Assembly (NCBI GenBank): GCA_000708835.1
Contig: DF237246.1
Span: forward strand, 1-64,000
Direction: 5' to 3'
Length of the DNA stretch: 64,000 bases
From: Klebsormidium nitens
Taxonomy: Eukaryota; Plantae; Klebsormidiophyceae
Position numbers and translations under genes: made by a program. Of this stretch, positions 20,401-32,400 are shown piece after piece. How positions within the stretch are numbered: the first letter of the stretch is position 1; each line of letters begins with the position of its first letter. The notes beneath the pieces were generated by a model. The model worked only from the letters and a program-made list of their open reading frames with translations, made no database searches and had not been told where the DNA came from.

Positions 20401-23400
20401 TTTATTTTGAAAGCAAAGTATGCTGTTCTCAACGCTTTGCTGGTTCTTTCGATGTTTGTGCAGCAACAAAACTCCGGGTGGCTCCAGGGCCTGATCTCCA
20501 CTATCGTTGGCAACTTGAAGCTGTCGGTGACCAATGTGCACGTTCGCTACGAAGATGGCACCAGGTGAGAACACGGCTGGACGAAGCAAATATGGCTCGG
20601 TTTTGACCTTTTTGAAGCAGTCAGAGAGTGCGGACTGCTGTTGATTGTCGACCTTTGTGTCTTGTAAAATTCCGATACAAATGATGATCGACTTGCTTGC
20701 AAAGCGTGCGTTTCGGCACAGCTGCTTTCGAGCACACTGCTACGGTGCGTTCCGACGACCTTGGCCCCACGCACAAGGGGCAACATATGTTCAAACTTGG
20801 CCTTGAACGAAAGAACGTGTCACTCTGGACGGTCCTAAGACACCAGCAGCTTGAATGAAACGAGCGGTGTTTCGAGTATAGCCTATCTTTACGATCACTT
20901 CCAGTTCCTTCATCCAGGTCGATCCAGCTTAGTATCTTCGTCAAAAGACGTTTAGGACAGCACTCTGTCACAACTTGCCACGATGACAAAGTGGGTTTTG
21001 GTGTATCTGCGCTGACGTTGTTGTCCTTGGGCATCGCGCGCAGCAATCCTGGTCACTTCTTCGCCATGGGCTTCACTCTGGCCAAATTGGCGGCAGTCAC
21101 TGTGGACGAGGAAGGAAACGAAACCTTCGCTACCAGCAACGCCCTGGACCGATTGCGCAAGGCAAGCAGATCTATCTGGAAACCAACGGCTCGAGCTGCC
21201 GAACACCATGTATTGTCATGTTGTGCCGTCTCCCAAACGGACAGAAGGTTGAAAAGTGAACGTTCGGTGTGCTGTTGACAGCTTTAGGTGTGCCGGATTA
21301 GCCGAGAGACCCCTTATCGACTATGACAGCCAAAATCGGCGCGCTTCTCGCATGCAGGGGCTACTCGGTGATTCGCTTTGTAACCCTTCCTGCTTCGTAG
21401 TGCGTCAAGTAAACTTTTGCCTCTCCTCAACTCCTCTGCAAAGTATGCAAGAGTTGCAGGTACAGTTCCGATAGCTTGCGGTGAGATTCAAAGCTTCAAA
21501 TCAGGACTTAAATGACAATTCTGACCATGTCTGCAGTCCGTGGAGATGTCCCGGTTGGCAGTGTACGCCGACCCCGACTCGGAGCCGTTCCGCGTGCGTA
21601 AGCCCTGGGGCGAGCTCACCGCCGACGAGTGGGCCGCCATCTTCGAGCGCGGCATTCGCGACGACGAGTCGCTGGCGGCGCCCGTGGCCGTGTTGGAGCA
21701 GAGCGGGAGAAGCGAAGGTAAGTTGAAAAAGACCCGTTCAAAAGTTACAAACGAAGCGACCGCAGGCTGCCTGGAATGTGATGATTGCGTTTTGAATACG
21801 TTGGCAGTGAAGCCCACCTCACAACATCAACGGTCTCTGCGTGCTGAGGATTCTGATACTCCTCTTTGGCTCTAGCTGAGGGTTGAATTTTCAAAGGTTG
21901 TCTGTCGCAGCTGGAGTGAGGATCAGAGGCACCTTTTCTGGTCCTTTTGTTGTTTCGAACAGAGGACAGTCGTCGGATGTAGATTGGGACAAGTAGCACG
22001 TCCGTCAGTAAGAGTTGCCACGTCGCCTGCTTTCCGAAACGCCCGAGAGTGCGACATGCTGGATACTGCTGTACTTTTGTCATGCAAAGGCTCGTTTGTT
22101 ATCCAATAAAGTCAGAAGTTAAGATGAAACGACGAGCTTTGACAGTGCTTGAGCTGTCCAGGTGACGAAAGGCGGCCTCTGCGGCACTACCTGCTGCGCC
22201 CCGTCAGTCTCGGGGCCCGCTACAGCAAGCTGTCCAGCCAGGAGATTGAGCGGCGGCCGGACGTACCGTTGCACATGGCGTCGGCGACGCTGCAAGACGT
22301 CACGCTGACGTTGGAGCAGGTGAATTGCGTCTGAGATTGCTTCGAAAGATGTCAGGGAGTGTTAAACGAACTTGCTCGGCTTGGACTGCTAAGCAGTTCA
22401 TTAAAAGGAGGGTGAGCGAGGTCCTTGGAGTCTGATCTGATGTCCAGGTCAGCGGTACAGGTGCTTGCGCAGAACCGCAGAGACCTGCCGACCACTGTGT
22501 AAGAGAAGAAAACCCCGGTGCTTTCTCAAGCGGAAAAGTGCACAGGTAAAGGAGTCGGGGAACGATTGCCCTGCTTAGTCAAACGCTCGCTTCTGCTGAA
22601 TGCTGCGAAACCACCGTGCTTGCAGGCCCAGTTCCGCGACGCAATGAAGCTGCTGGAGTCGTTCAACAAGTACAGCAAGCTGCAGAATGTGGCGCACCTG
22701 CGGCCGCGCAAGAAAGTGCGCGAGGACCCGCGCGCCTGGTGGCGCTTCGCCCTCAAGGGCGTCAAGCAACAGGTGCTCAAGCACAGGTAGGGCGGATCGG
22801 GCGAGGTATAAACTTAAGCAGCACGAATGTACGCGTCCGTTTCTGCGCCACGCTACAGAAGCATGCCGTGTACGTGGTTTCAGATACCCGAACTGAATGG
22901 CTGCCCGGATCCTACCTTGATCAGCAAGCACTATCGCTCCACCTGAGGAAGGATTGTAGACTACGCACTCTTCGTGAAAACACCTGACCCATATTCTCAA
23001 ATTCAGCGGAGAGTTTGCTTGCTGCACATGACTTTCTTGCAGCGCGTGTTTTAGAATCGCGTAGCGTCGTGAAGAAATTGGTCGACATGCCAGAGAAAGA
23101 GGTCATGCTGCCGACCAGGAACTCTCTCGAGGAGTAGCACTCCATTTTACAGTATCATGGCCTTCAACTTTCCAGGAGTCGAAGCTGGAACAATGTCCTC
23201 ATGTGAGCGTCGACTCTCACTCAGAAGGTGCTGCGCCTTAGGGAAGCTCAGAGTTTTGCATCTTCTCGGTCACCCGTTTTTCTCAACGGCTATAGACCTG
23301 ATTGGTTTAACCCGTTTTCCCCCCCTGCAGAGCCACGCTTGACTGGCAGGACCTGGTCCATTTAGCGCATCTCCGCCGCAAGTACATCCCGCTGTACGGA

Positions 23401-26400
23401 CGCCTGCTGACATCAGCGCAGCCTGGGCAGAACGTGGGCGACAACTCGGACATCAAGGCCATGGACCGGGAGATCCCGGTCGAGACCGCCGCTCTGTGGC
23501 GAATCATCGCCCACAAACAGGCGGACCAGGTCGCTCGAAGGCGCGCCCAGGAGGAGGCGGAGCGGCGGCAGGAGGCGTCCAAGTCGTGGTGGAGCTACCT
23601 CGGATTGTGAGCGCTTGTGACTTGCTCTACTTCAGACTTATTCCTGGCTGCGCAATGCCAGACGTTTTTATGATTGTCATCACGAGTTGTGTCGTGTATT
23701 GGCACGAAAACATTTTTGAATTCTGCTAATAAGCAGGAAGGCTCATTTCTGAGGATCTTTTCATGCATCTTCGGATGAGCGCTCAATATATCCAATAAAA
23801 GCAGCTGACATCGAGCATTTGCAGAGCTTCATAGTCACACATACTTGAAGCACAAGTGCCAAAGAAAATGACTCCGCTCAACTTTGGTGAAAGAGACAAT
23901 CGTTTGTTTCAGAAACAAACGAGAAAAAGGTCACACTGCCACCAGAATCAAGAAAGATAAGCTGGTAGCGAATGAGGAGTCGACGCCTTGCCAGTACTGC
24001 TCCTAAGTTAAAGTTGCCGTCCTCCTTGCGCAGCGGCGGTGGAGGCTCCAAGGGCCAGGTAGAGCGCCCCGAGGCCCTGTCCGAAGCGGAGTGGGCAAAG
24101 ATCCAACAGCTGGTGGGCTTAGACGAGCCCGGGGCGGCCAACCTGGCCGCAATGTACGGCCAGGAAGGGCCCAACATGCTCCAGGTGGCACTTGACGTCA
24201 CGTTCCACCGCAGCCAGGTCCGGCTGCTCGGGAGAGCGGAAGACGACGAAGTTCTGAGGCTGGGGAGCGAGGGGTTCCTGGTTGGGGCGCGAGTGTACCC
24301 CCAGATGAAAGTCGCGCGAATTGGACTGGAGCGATATGGGGTGCACGTGCCAGAGGGGAAGCTGCTGCAGGTAGGGAGACTCGTATAACTGGGGGCTGGT
24401 GCTTTATTGTGCAGAAACAAGCAATACAAGGAGTAGCACCAAAATATAAGAAGGTTAGTGTAGCTTCCGATTTGCTGGTGCTCGTTTGGCTCCTGAACTG
24501 ACGGGAGTACTTGAGATTGGAGTGTGGCCTTCAGCACTTGCTGTCTTCAAATACCTCCTTCGACTTCGTTCTGTGTCATTCACGTGTACTGAGAAGTGTC
24601 CGAGCCTTCAAGGATTTCTCTTTGTATAACCATGCTTCTGGTCATGTCAAAATGCCGCTTCTCACGAGAGCCAGGAGCGGTCCCTCTTCCAAAACTGCTC
24701 GCGAAGTATGTGTCTTCCTTCGGGACAGTCTCAGGCCTGCTTGAGTATGTTGGTCCAAGCCACCGCACACCTTTAGGCACCAAAGTATCACCTTCTGTTA
24801 GTCACTTACTTTCGAAGAGAATGCTCTCAAGTCTCTTCCCAGCAAGTTACCTTCTACCGCCCTCAAATTTGCAGAGTATTCTAAGGAAGGACGTCAAGGA
24901 GACGGTGTCCCTCGAGTTCGTCCTCGCCCCATTAAACCGTTCCGACCTCGACTGGTCCCTAGCCGCCACGTGTGCCCCCGCCCACATCACCATCTGGCGC
25001 GCCAGCGTCGACCGCGTGCTCGACTTCTTCCAGGCCGGGCGGGCCGCCAGCCCGGCAACGGTGCAAGACACAGCTGCGGCACTGCAGGTGAGAGCTTTGA
25101 ATTTCCTTTCAATACGCGTTTGGGATTTAGGAACCTCCGAAACGGAAGTTACGACTCCTCGACTCCTGGCACTAGATTCAGCGGCGCTTTTGGTGCGCCT
25201 GCGGAAGCCTCTTCGTTTTGACTCCACGACTTTGATAACTTGCTACATGGCTGAGAGGTGTTTCTGGCATGTGCATGAGAGTTGGCGCTCCTGCAAGGGC
25301 CAGAGATCAAGATGTTATACAAATGGTTCGACTCTTGCCGTACAAACAGTCAGATTATCAGAGATTGGTAGTCTTTGCAGGACAGGTTTAAGCATTCAAC
25401 TGCCAGCGCTTTCAAGTTTTTGTCGAAGTGACAGCGAGCACGCAAATTGAAATACAAGCCAATCAAGCGTAGCAGGGCCTTACAGTTCCAGATTCTCGAC
25501 AGGTGAAACTAGAGGAGGCGAGGAAGAGCGCCACGCAGCAACTTCAGGCGGCGATGCAGCAGAAACCCCGCTTCAGTATCGACCTGGACCTGGATGCCCC
25601 CAAGGTGGCGATTCCCACCAGCTATCTTGCGGACGGGGGAGGTAACACGCAGCTGCTGGTGGACCTCGGACACTTTACCGTCCGTACGGACGACGTAAGC
25701 AGCTCAACATCTCATTCCTATGAAGTGGATGCTTTGCTGAATTTCGTCGTCTAACTTCGTAGACTGACCTTGTGGACTTGCAGAATTGGATTAACGGCAT
25801 GGCCATGAAGCTTGGGTGACACTAGCTGAGTTCTGCCTCTTTGTCCCTTACTGCGAGGCAATCTGTGGTGGAGTTAGTGCTAAAGGAGCAGCGTTTCATT
25901 GCCAACCAAGCGAAGCCACTTCTAGAGCACACTTGTAGAGCAAAGTGTTTCACTGTTGTCCTTTTCCCGTTGATCCGCTCTGTATCTGTAGCTGAAAGTC
26001 TTGACTCCATTTGATCAGGAGCTGGCAAGATCAAACCCAGGTTATTACGCATCTGCCCGGTCCGAGTTCTAACTTGTTTCTGGCCGATCATATGTAACGG
26101 GTCCACATTCTGCTCTATCCTTTGCAGGATCCGACAGACCTATCCAAGGAAGAGATCGACCTGTACACCCGCTTCAAGCTCAACGCCACCGACATCTCCG
26201 CCTTTCTCAGCGACGGCGACTGGGACTGGGAAGCCCGGGCTCCTCTTCACGAAGCACCCGAGTGCAAGACAGGGGAAGACAACCAACCGGGTGGTCGCCT
26301 CGAAGAGGAGGCCGAAGGTTCTACGTCTAGAACGAGTGGGGAGGAGACCCCGGGCCAGCAGACGGAAGGCCCCACTTCGAGAGTGCTCTCGTTACTGGAC

Positions 26401-29400
26401 AACACTGGGCTAACTGTAGCCCTTCATCAGGTGAGTGTGAGATTGCTAAAGGGTTTCCACAAAGGAAGGGCGTGTCTATCAAGCTCGCCATTCTTCCAAT
26501 CAGTTATAAACGCAATCGCTCATCATACCTGCGCACCTCCTGTGCAAAAACCGTGATCCACAACGACCTCCGGCTGGCCAGTGTTGCTGGTTCACTTTAG
26601 AATCGAGCTCTCAGATACATTCAAGATAATCCTCGTTGTCATGCCTTGGAAATGTTTGGCGTTGTTGAAGCATTCATCTGTGCACGCTAACAAGGTGAAA
26701 GATAGCAGACTAATCAAGCTTTCGGTCACAACCATTGCAAACGGTACTCGTTGAGGTTGTTGGTAAAGCGCAGGTGGTCAATTTCATTGAGAGCTCTGCA
26801 GCTCCGCAAGTGCTCTCCGCACAACTTGTCAGGAAAACCGACTCTCTCGGACCATTACAGCATCTTTTATCCTGTGCCAGATCTTCATGCCCCACCCGCG
26901 GTATCCGACCACCCGGGTGGCCCTCCGCGTCCCGCTGCTCGGCTTCCACTTCTCCCCCGCCCGCTACCACCGACTGATGGCCGTCGTGGATGCCGTGCTG
27001 CCCAAGAGCGAGCCCGAACAAAAGCTGGACGAGCGCGCGGAGAAAGATGGGGAGCTGCGGCCGTGGGGACCGGCCGAGCTGGAGGTGGGTGGAAGAGTAT
27101 CTTTTGCCGCGCGCTAAGTCGCCTTTGTTTATCGCTTCTTTCCAGATGAGAGCGCCGCCACTTTCAAACCAGAAGGCCGAAGCAACCTCATGAGATGCGT
27201 GTATTGCTCACGTCTCCGGCATCAAGAGGACAATTGCAGAGCTTCCTGAGTTAAAAGTGAAGCACGTCGATAAAGCAGAGGACGCTATAGCCAGCCCAGC
27301 TTTCGTTTGTTCTGCCATGAGCAGGGTAGTGGACGCGCAGTGCTTTCCATGAGGAGGTAGTAGACGCGCTGTGCTGCGTTCAAAGACCTCGTCGCTTGCT
27401 TTCGTTACACTGATTTTGTGCTTTCCTGATTCATAGACACTGAAAATCTTCACGATGGCCGTCCATCTCATCAATCTTCTTGGCATCCGTGTTAAGTCAA
27501 CCGCACTTCTCTCATTACAGGGCCCCGTGCACGTCCTGAGATGGGAGGGCCTGACCCGCACGCAAGCCACGTGGAAGCCCGCCTGGGGTCTCTTGGCGGG
27601 CGTCTACCTGTACCTTCTCGATCACAAAGACGCCGACACGTACATGCACTACACCGGCCTGATCGGGAAGCAGGTTCGGGACGTGCCCCCGGACAAGATC
27701 CAAGGGTGCGAGCACGTGGTCGCGGTGATGGACCCCGGGGCGTCCGTCGACAGCATCGCCCAGGTAACTGATCGCAGCTTGGAGCTACGGGCCAGAGTTT
27801 TAGTAGTACTTTGAAGTATTTAGTCTGAATATAGAAACGATCAACATCTGAATTACAAGGACGCTCCTGTCAAAACCCCTCTGTGCTGGCTGCTATGTTC
27901 AAGGAGCTTCGAAAGAGTAGCAAGGAACAGGCTTCAAAGCTGGGTGTCCTTTGTGCGAACCTGTGTGTATACGATGGGTCACTTTGATCCTTTTCTTCCT
28001 TTTGGGCCTGCCGCAGGTTGGTCACAAGGATTTAACTTCTATTTGAAGCTTGGCGTGACGTCGGGGCATACGCATTAGCCATACTGCCAATTTGGAAGCA
28101 CGATAAATAAAACCCGATGGGGAACAGATATTTGACCGTTACCTCTGATCTCAGGCGACGAACGCGGTCGTCCTGCGCTTTGACTCGGAGGCCCGCAAGG
28201 AGCAGTGGAAGGCGGCAATGCAGAACGCCGTCTACCGGGCGTCCGCCCCGGCCGCCCTCACCCTCCTTAGCGGCGACTCTGGCAGCGAGGAAGGCAGCGA
28301 GTTCGACGCCGCGAGCCAACCCGAGCACGAAGTGACGCCCGGAGGGATCCCCCCGGGGCGTGCCAACACACCAGAGGGCAGGCTGGTCGAAGCAGTCGTG
28401 GAAAAGGCGAGTGACCGGGAGGAGCTGAACCCGGCACTGCAGCAGAACGTGTTCTTAGTCGGAGTGCTAGACGTTCTGCGGGTGGACGTGGACGGGTCCC
28501 GAAACGGGGGAGAAGAGTTTCCGCTGTTACAGGTGCGGGCGTCGGGCACCCGGGTGGAAATGGTACAACGAATGTACGATATGTCGGTTGGAATGGTGCT
28601 CCAGTCGGTGGAGATTGAGGATTTGTTGCACGGGGGAACGGCCCCCGAGTGCCGCTTCCTGGCCCGGTCGTTTTTGGCGGCGCGGGAGGATCTAGATCGG
28701 AGCAAAAGCGAAGAGGCGCAAGCGCTGGAGGCGCTGGAGAAGGAGTCGGGCTGGGATAAGGTCGACGATGAGGGGGGATCTAGAAGAAGTGGGAGAGAGG
28801 AGAGCGGGAAAGGCGGAGAGGGGGCGGGAAGAGGACCAGAGGAAGGCAGCGAGAGGAAAGAACGGACCAGTGGGGGCAGGCCGCCCCGTGCAGAGGGGGG
28901 AAAGAGGGGGGCTGCGACCGAAAGTACCGCAACTAGGTCGGAAGGAGAAGGCGATCCCAGCAGAGACCCTATGAACAACGCGAGTGAAGCAGAGGAGGAA
29001 ACCGCCGGAAGCCGCAACACGGAGAGAGCCGAGGAAGGAATGCAAAGCCCCAGGACGCCGAAGGGCGAGGTGGAAAAGCTTGACGGAGACGACTTTTACG
29101 ACGCCGCAAGCACCCTCTCCCGCTCAGACAGTTCCAGGTCTGGTCGTTCCGTTCGTTCCGGTCGGTCACCCAGCCTGGGTCCCCGGACCGTGTCCAGTCA
29201 TGGCAGCGTTTACTTCGACGCGCCGGAGGGGGGCGCCAGCCCGAGGGGCCGCAGACTGGAGCTGCTCCCCCCCTCGTTCAAGGAGAGCGGGATTCTGAAG
29301 TTGGAGGAGAAGGATGACCAGGAGGAGACCGGCGGAAAGGGGAGCACGTTCGTGAAAGTGGTGGCGATTATGCGCCAGACGCAGAGTCCGGAGTATAGGG

Positions 29401-32400
29401 GAGTGGATACACAAGTGGTGCTAGACATGGCAACGCTCGACTTCTTTTTCAACCGCCCGACGGTGCTGGCGTTGATGGATTTTGTGCAGCAGATCACGGA
29501 ACCCCCCAAAGGCGAAGAGGGCGAAGCTGGGCCCCTGGATAAGGGGAAACAGAAAGTGGGGGGTGAGGAAGAGAGGCGAAAGGAGGGGAGGGAACACGAA
29601 GGGGCAGAATCAAAGGAGGGGCCGGCGGAAGGAGAGGATAAGGAAGCGGAAAAAGGAAAAGACGAGGGCGAGGAAAGCAAGGGGACCGTTGTCAGCAAGT
29701 TCGAACCGGCGGCGCTGGAACCGGGCAAGTCTACGGAGAAGCCGGCGGTCATAAGCGGGCTGCTGGGGCATGGAAAAAGCCGGGTGATCTTCGGGCTTGA
29801 AGTGCGCATGCAACGGGTGCAGGTGGTTTTGAATCAGGATCAGGGGGGGATCCCTTTAGGCGTCCTAGCGATGCTGGACTTGTCCAACGAAGTCCGCGTC
29901 TTCCCGTCGTCGTTTGCGGTGAAAGCCGAGCTTGGGTCCTTGAGGATAAGCGATGCGCGCCTGGGGGAGGGGCACCCGTACGGGGAAATGTTTGGAATGC
30001 AGAGCGCCGCCGGGGGGTCGTTCATCATGGCGAGCTTTGAGTCGTACGACCCGGGGGAAGACGAGTACTTCGGCTACGACTATAGCTTATGCGTACGGCT
30101 GGCGGCGGTGCGCACGGTTATACTGTACCGCTTCGTGCAAGAGCTCAGCGCATACTTCATGGATCTCATTCCGCCCGGGACGGGAGCGGAAACGGAAAAG
30201 CAGCTGCGGGCGACGGTCGCGGGGGTGGAGCAGTGGATCCAGCAGTCGGACGTGCACGGACAGCCCGCGATCCAGTTGGACGTCCAAATGGAGAGTCCGG
30301 TGATTCTAATGCCAGAGTGCAGCGATAGTAAGGACTACATCGAGCTAGCGATTGAGCGGATAGCGCTGAATAACGAGGCGCAATGGAAGGGCGGAGAGGG
30401 AGAGGAGGATATGGCGGCCGTTAGGTTAGACGTGATGACGCTGAGCATAGAGGGGCTGGGGGTGCGCGTCGGGGGGGAGGGCGGTCAGGTCGGGCACGAG
30501 ATTGTGGAAGAGGCGTCGGGACTGCAGGTGAGCGTCCGGAGCGAAGCGCTGGAGCTCCATATTTGGCTCCGGTTCTCAATTGTAGGCTTCCAGAAGCGTT
30601 CGACAGCAGAAGACCCTTGCGTGGGGAGTAATCTAGGCTGTGATGAGTACTCGCTTGTGTGGAGCGACTGAGCCCCAACGTTGTGCTTCAATCAAGACCA
30701 TAAAACCCAGCTTCCTGGCAACCAGTACATGCTGAAGAGCACTGCTTCGGTCATCCCTCGGGATTCAACTTGTCAAGCATTACAGAGCAGAAAATGCAGA
30801 CTGTTATTGTGCTTACTAGTTAAACAGCGCGCAGACAAGCAACGCTGATCTCAAGCCCACTCGTCGCTCGAGCCTTGCTCGAGCCTCACTTGCTATCTTT
30901 GTTGATGCCCAGAATCATGATTTATGGTGCGGCGTATCTCGCAGGTGGTTGCAGTACGGCCGCTGCGCGACGTCCTGAAGCAGGTTCCCGCGATCGACAT
31001 CACGGTCGCGGTGGACAAGCTCAAGGCCGGAATGGCCAGCTCCGAGTACCAGGTGGTTTCCCGGGTCGCCTTAACCAACCTCAGTGAGGAACCCCACCTA
31101 CCGCCCAAGCTGCGCAACGCCGAAAACGAGGCGCCAGCTCCTGGGGGTCAGCAGACCGCGGCAGATCAAGCCCCCCAAAACGAGATTGTCGAGGCGGGAG
31201 GGACGGGGCTTTTGCCAGAGGATGAGGAGAAGCTGCAGGAAGTGGAAGGGGGGGTGGGCACGGGTGGGGAAAGTGGGGGGGCAGAAAAAAAGGGGCAACC
31301 CTGGGCGAGCGTGCGGTTGACGGTGGACGTCCGGAGCGTGGAGGTGGAGCTGTACACTTCGGACACGAGAGAGACGTCGCTGGCGCTCGTGCAGGTGAGC
31401 GGCACGGCTAGGGCACGGTTTTGCCCCTTATTTGTTCCTGGTCTCAGTATGCTTTGGATAAAGCAAGACGCATGTGGGTCTCTCATTTACTTTTAATCAA
31501 AGAAGAATAAAGAGGTCATTCATTGAGCGAGGATGACCGCGGCTTTGAAGTGAGTCGTGTCCGACCTTTTGGAGCAACTGGTAACAGACTCTTTATGGCA
31601 TGAGTTTGCAGCTGCCTTTAGATTGAGAATCTAAAGTCAACTTGCCAGACCCCCGGTGTATAATGATGGAACTTTAGAATACTTCAAGGCTTTAAGTAAC
31701 AAAAAGGTCAGCGCACCGACCGGAGCGTTAGCAGTGTCCAGGAGCCAGGCATGGACCGAGCTGTCGGACCGTTCGATCAGCGATCAATTGACCAAGCTGG
31801 TACTTTCTCTCATAGGTCTATAGTTTAGGTAGGTTAGTGCTAGGTGGGATATGGTCATGGCCCGGGGGACGGGTGGGTTATGTTGGGGGTTAGGGTGGGG
31901 ACAGGTGCGGAGCGGGTACATCAGTCGGTTTGGGATTTGAGGTCTGTGTCTCCCGAGGACTGTTACTATCCTACCTAGACACTATCTTACCTAAAGTATA
32001 CGAATAATTTTTCTCCTCTCAGATGGAGGGCCTGTGGGCGGCCTACCGAATGACGACCAGCCAGGTGTCTGTCATCAACGCGTCCCTGCTGCGCCTCCAC
32101 CTGCTCGACCTCCGCGACTCCACCGACGACTCGATGCGCTTCCTCGTCGGGAGCACCGTCGATGTCGACCCAGACCACCCCCTGCACGCGGGCGCCGAAG
32201 CAGCAGAGGGATCCCCCTTGCTGACGCTGCTCGTCGTGGACGCCCAAATCGCGCCGGACAGCATAACCGTCAGCGTCCGGCTGCAGCGTCCGCGAGTACT
32301 GGTTGTCGTCGACTTTCTCCTGGCGGTGTTCCAGTTCTTCATCCCCCACATGGCGATGCTCCCTGGCGGGGGGGTCGCGGACGAGGGCAAGGCGCAGAAG

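Noticed and set aside
23878-24537. 219-aa antisense ORF, and similar ones at 28232-29020, 29210-29809, 41839-42570 and 43375-44235
   Set aside because: They overlap VPS13 exons on the opposite strand and are explained by GC-rich codon usage.
25324-25340. ggttcgactc, resembling a tRNA T-loop
   Set aside because: No acceptor, D or anticodon stems around it.
24596-25450. 284-aa + strand ORF as a single exon
   Set aside because: Only 24875-25087 is VPS13-like and bounded by AG/GT; the flanks are intronic read-through.
31888-31896. ttaggg as an interstitial telomere
   Set aside because: It is a single unit, better explained as part of the G-rich loop of the foldback element.
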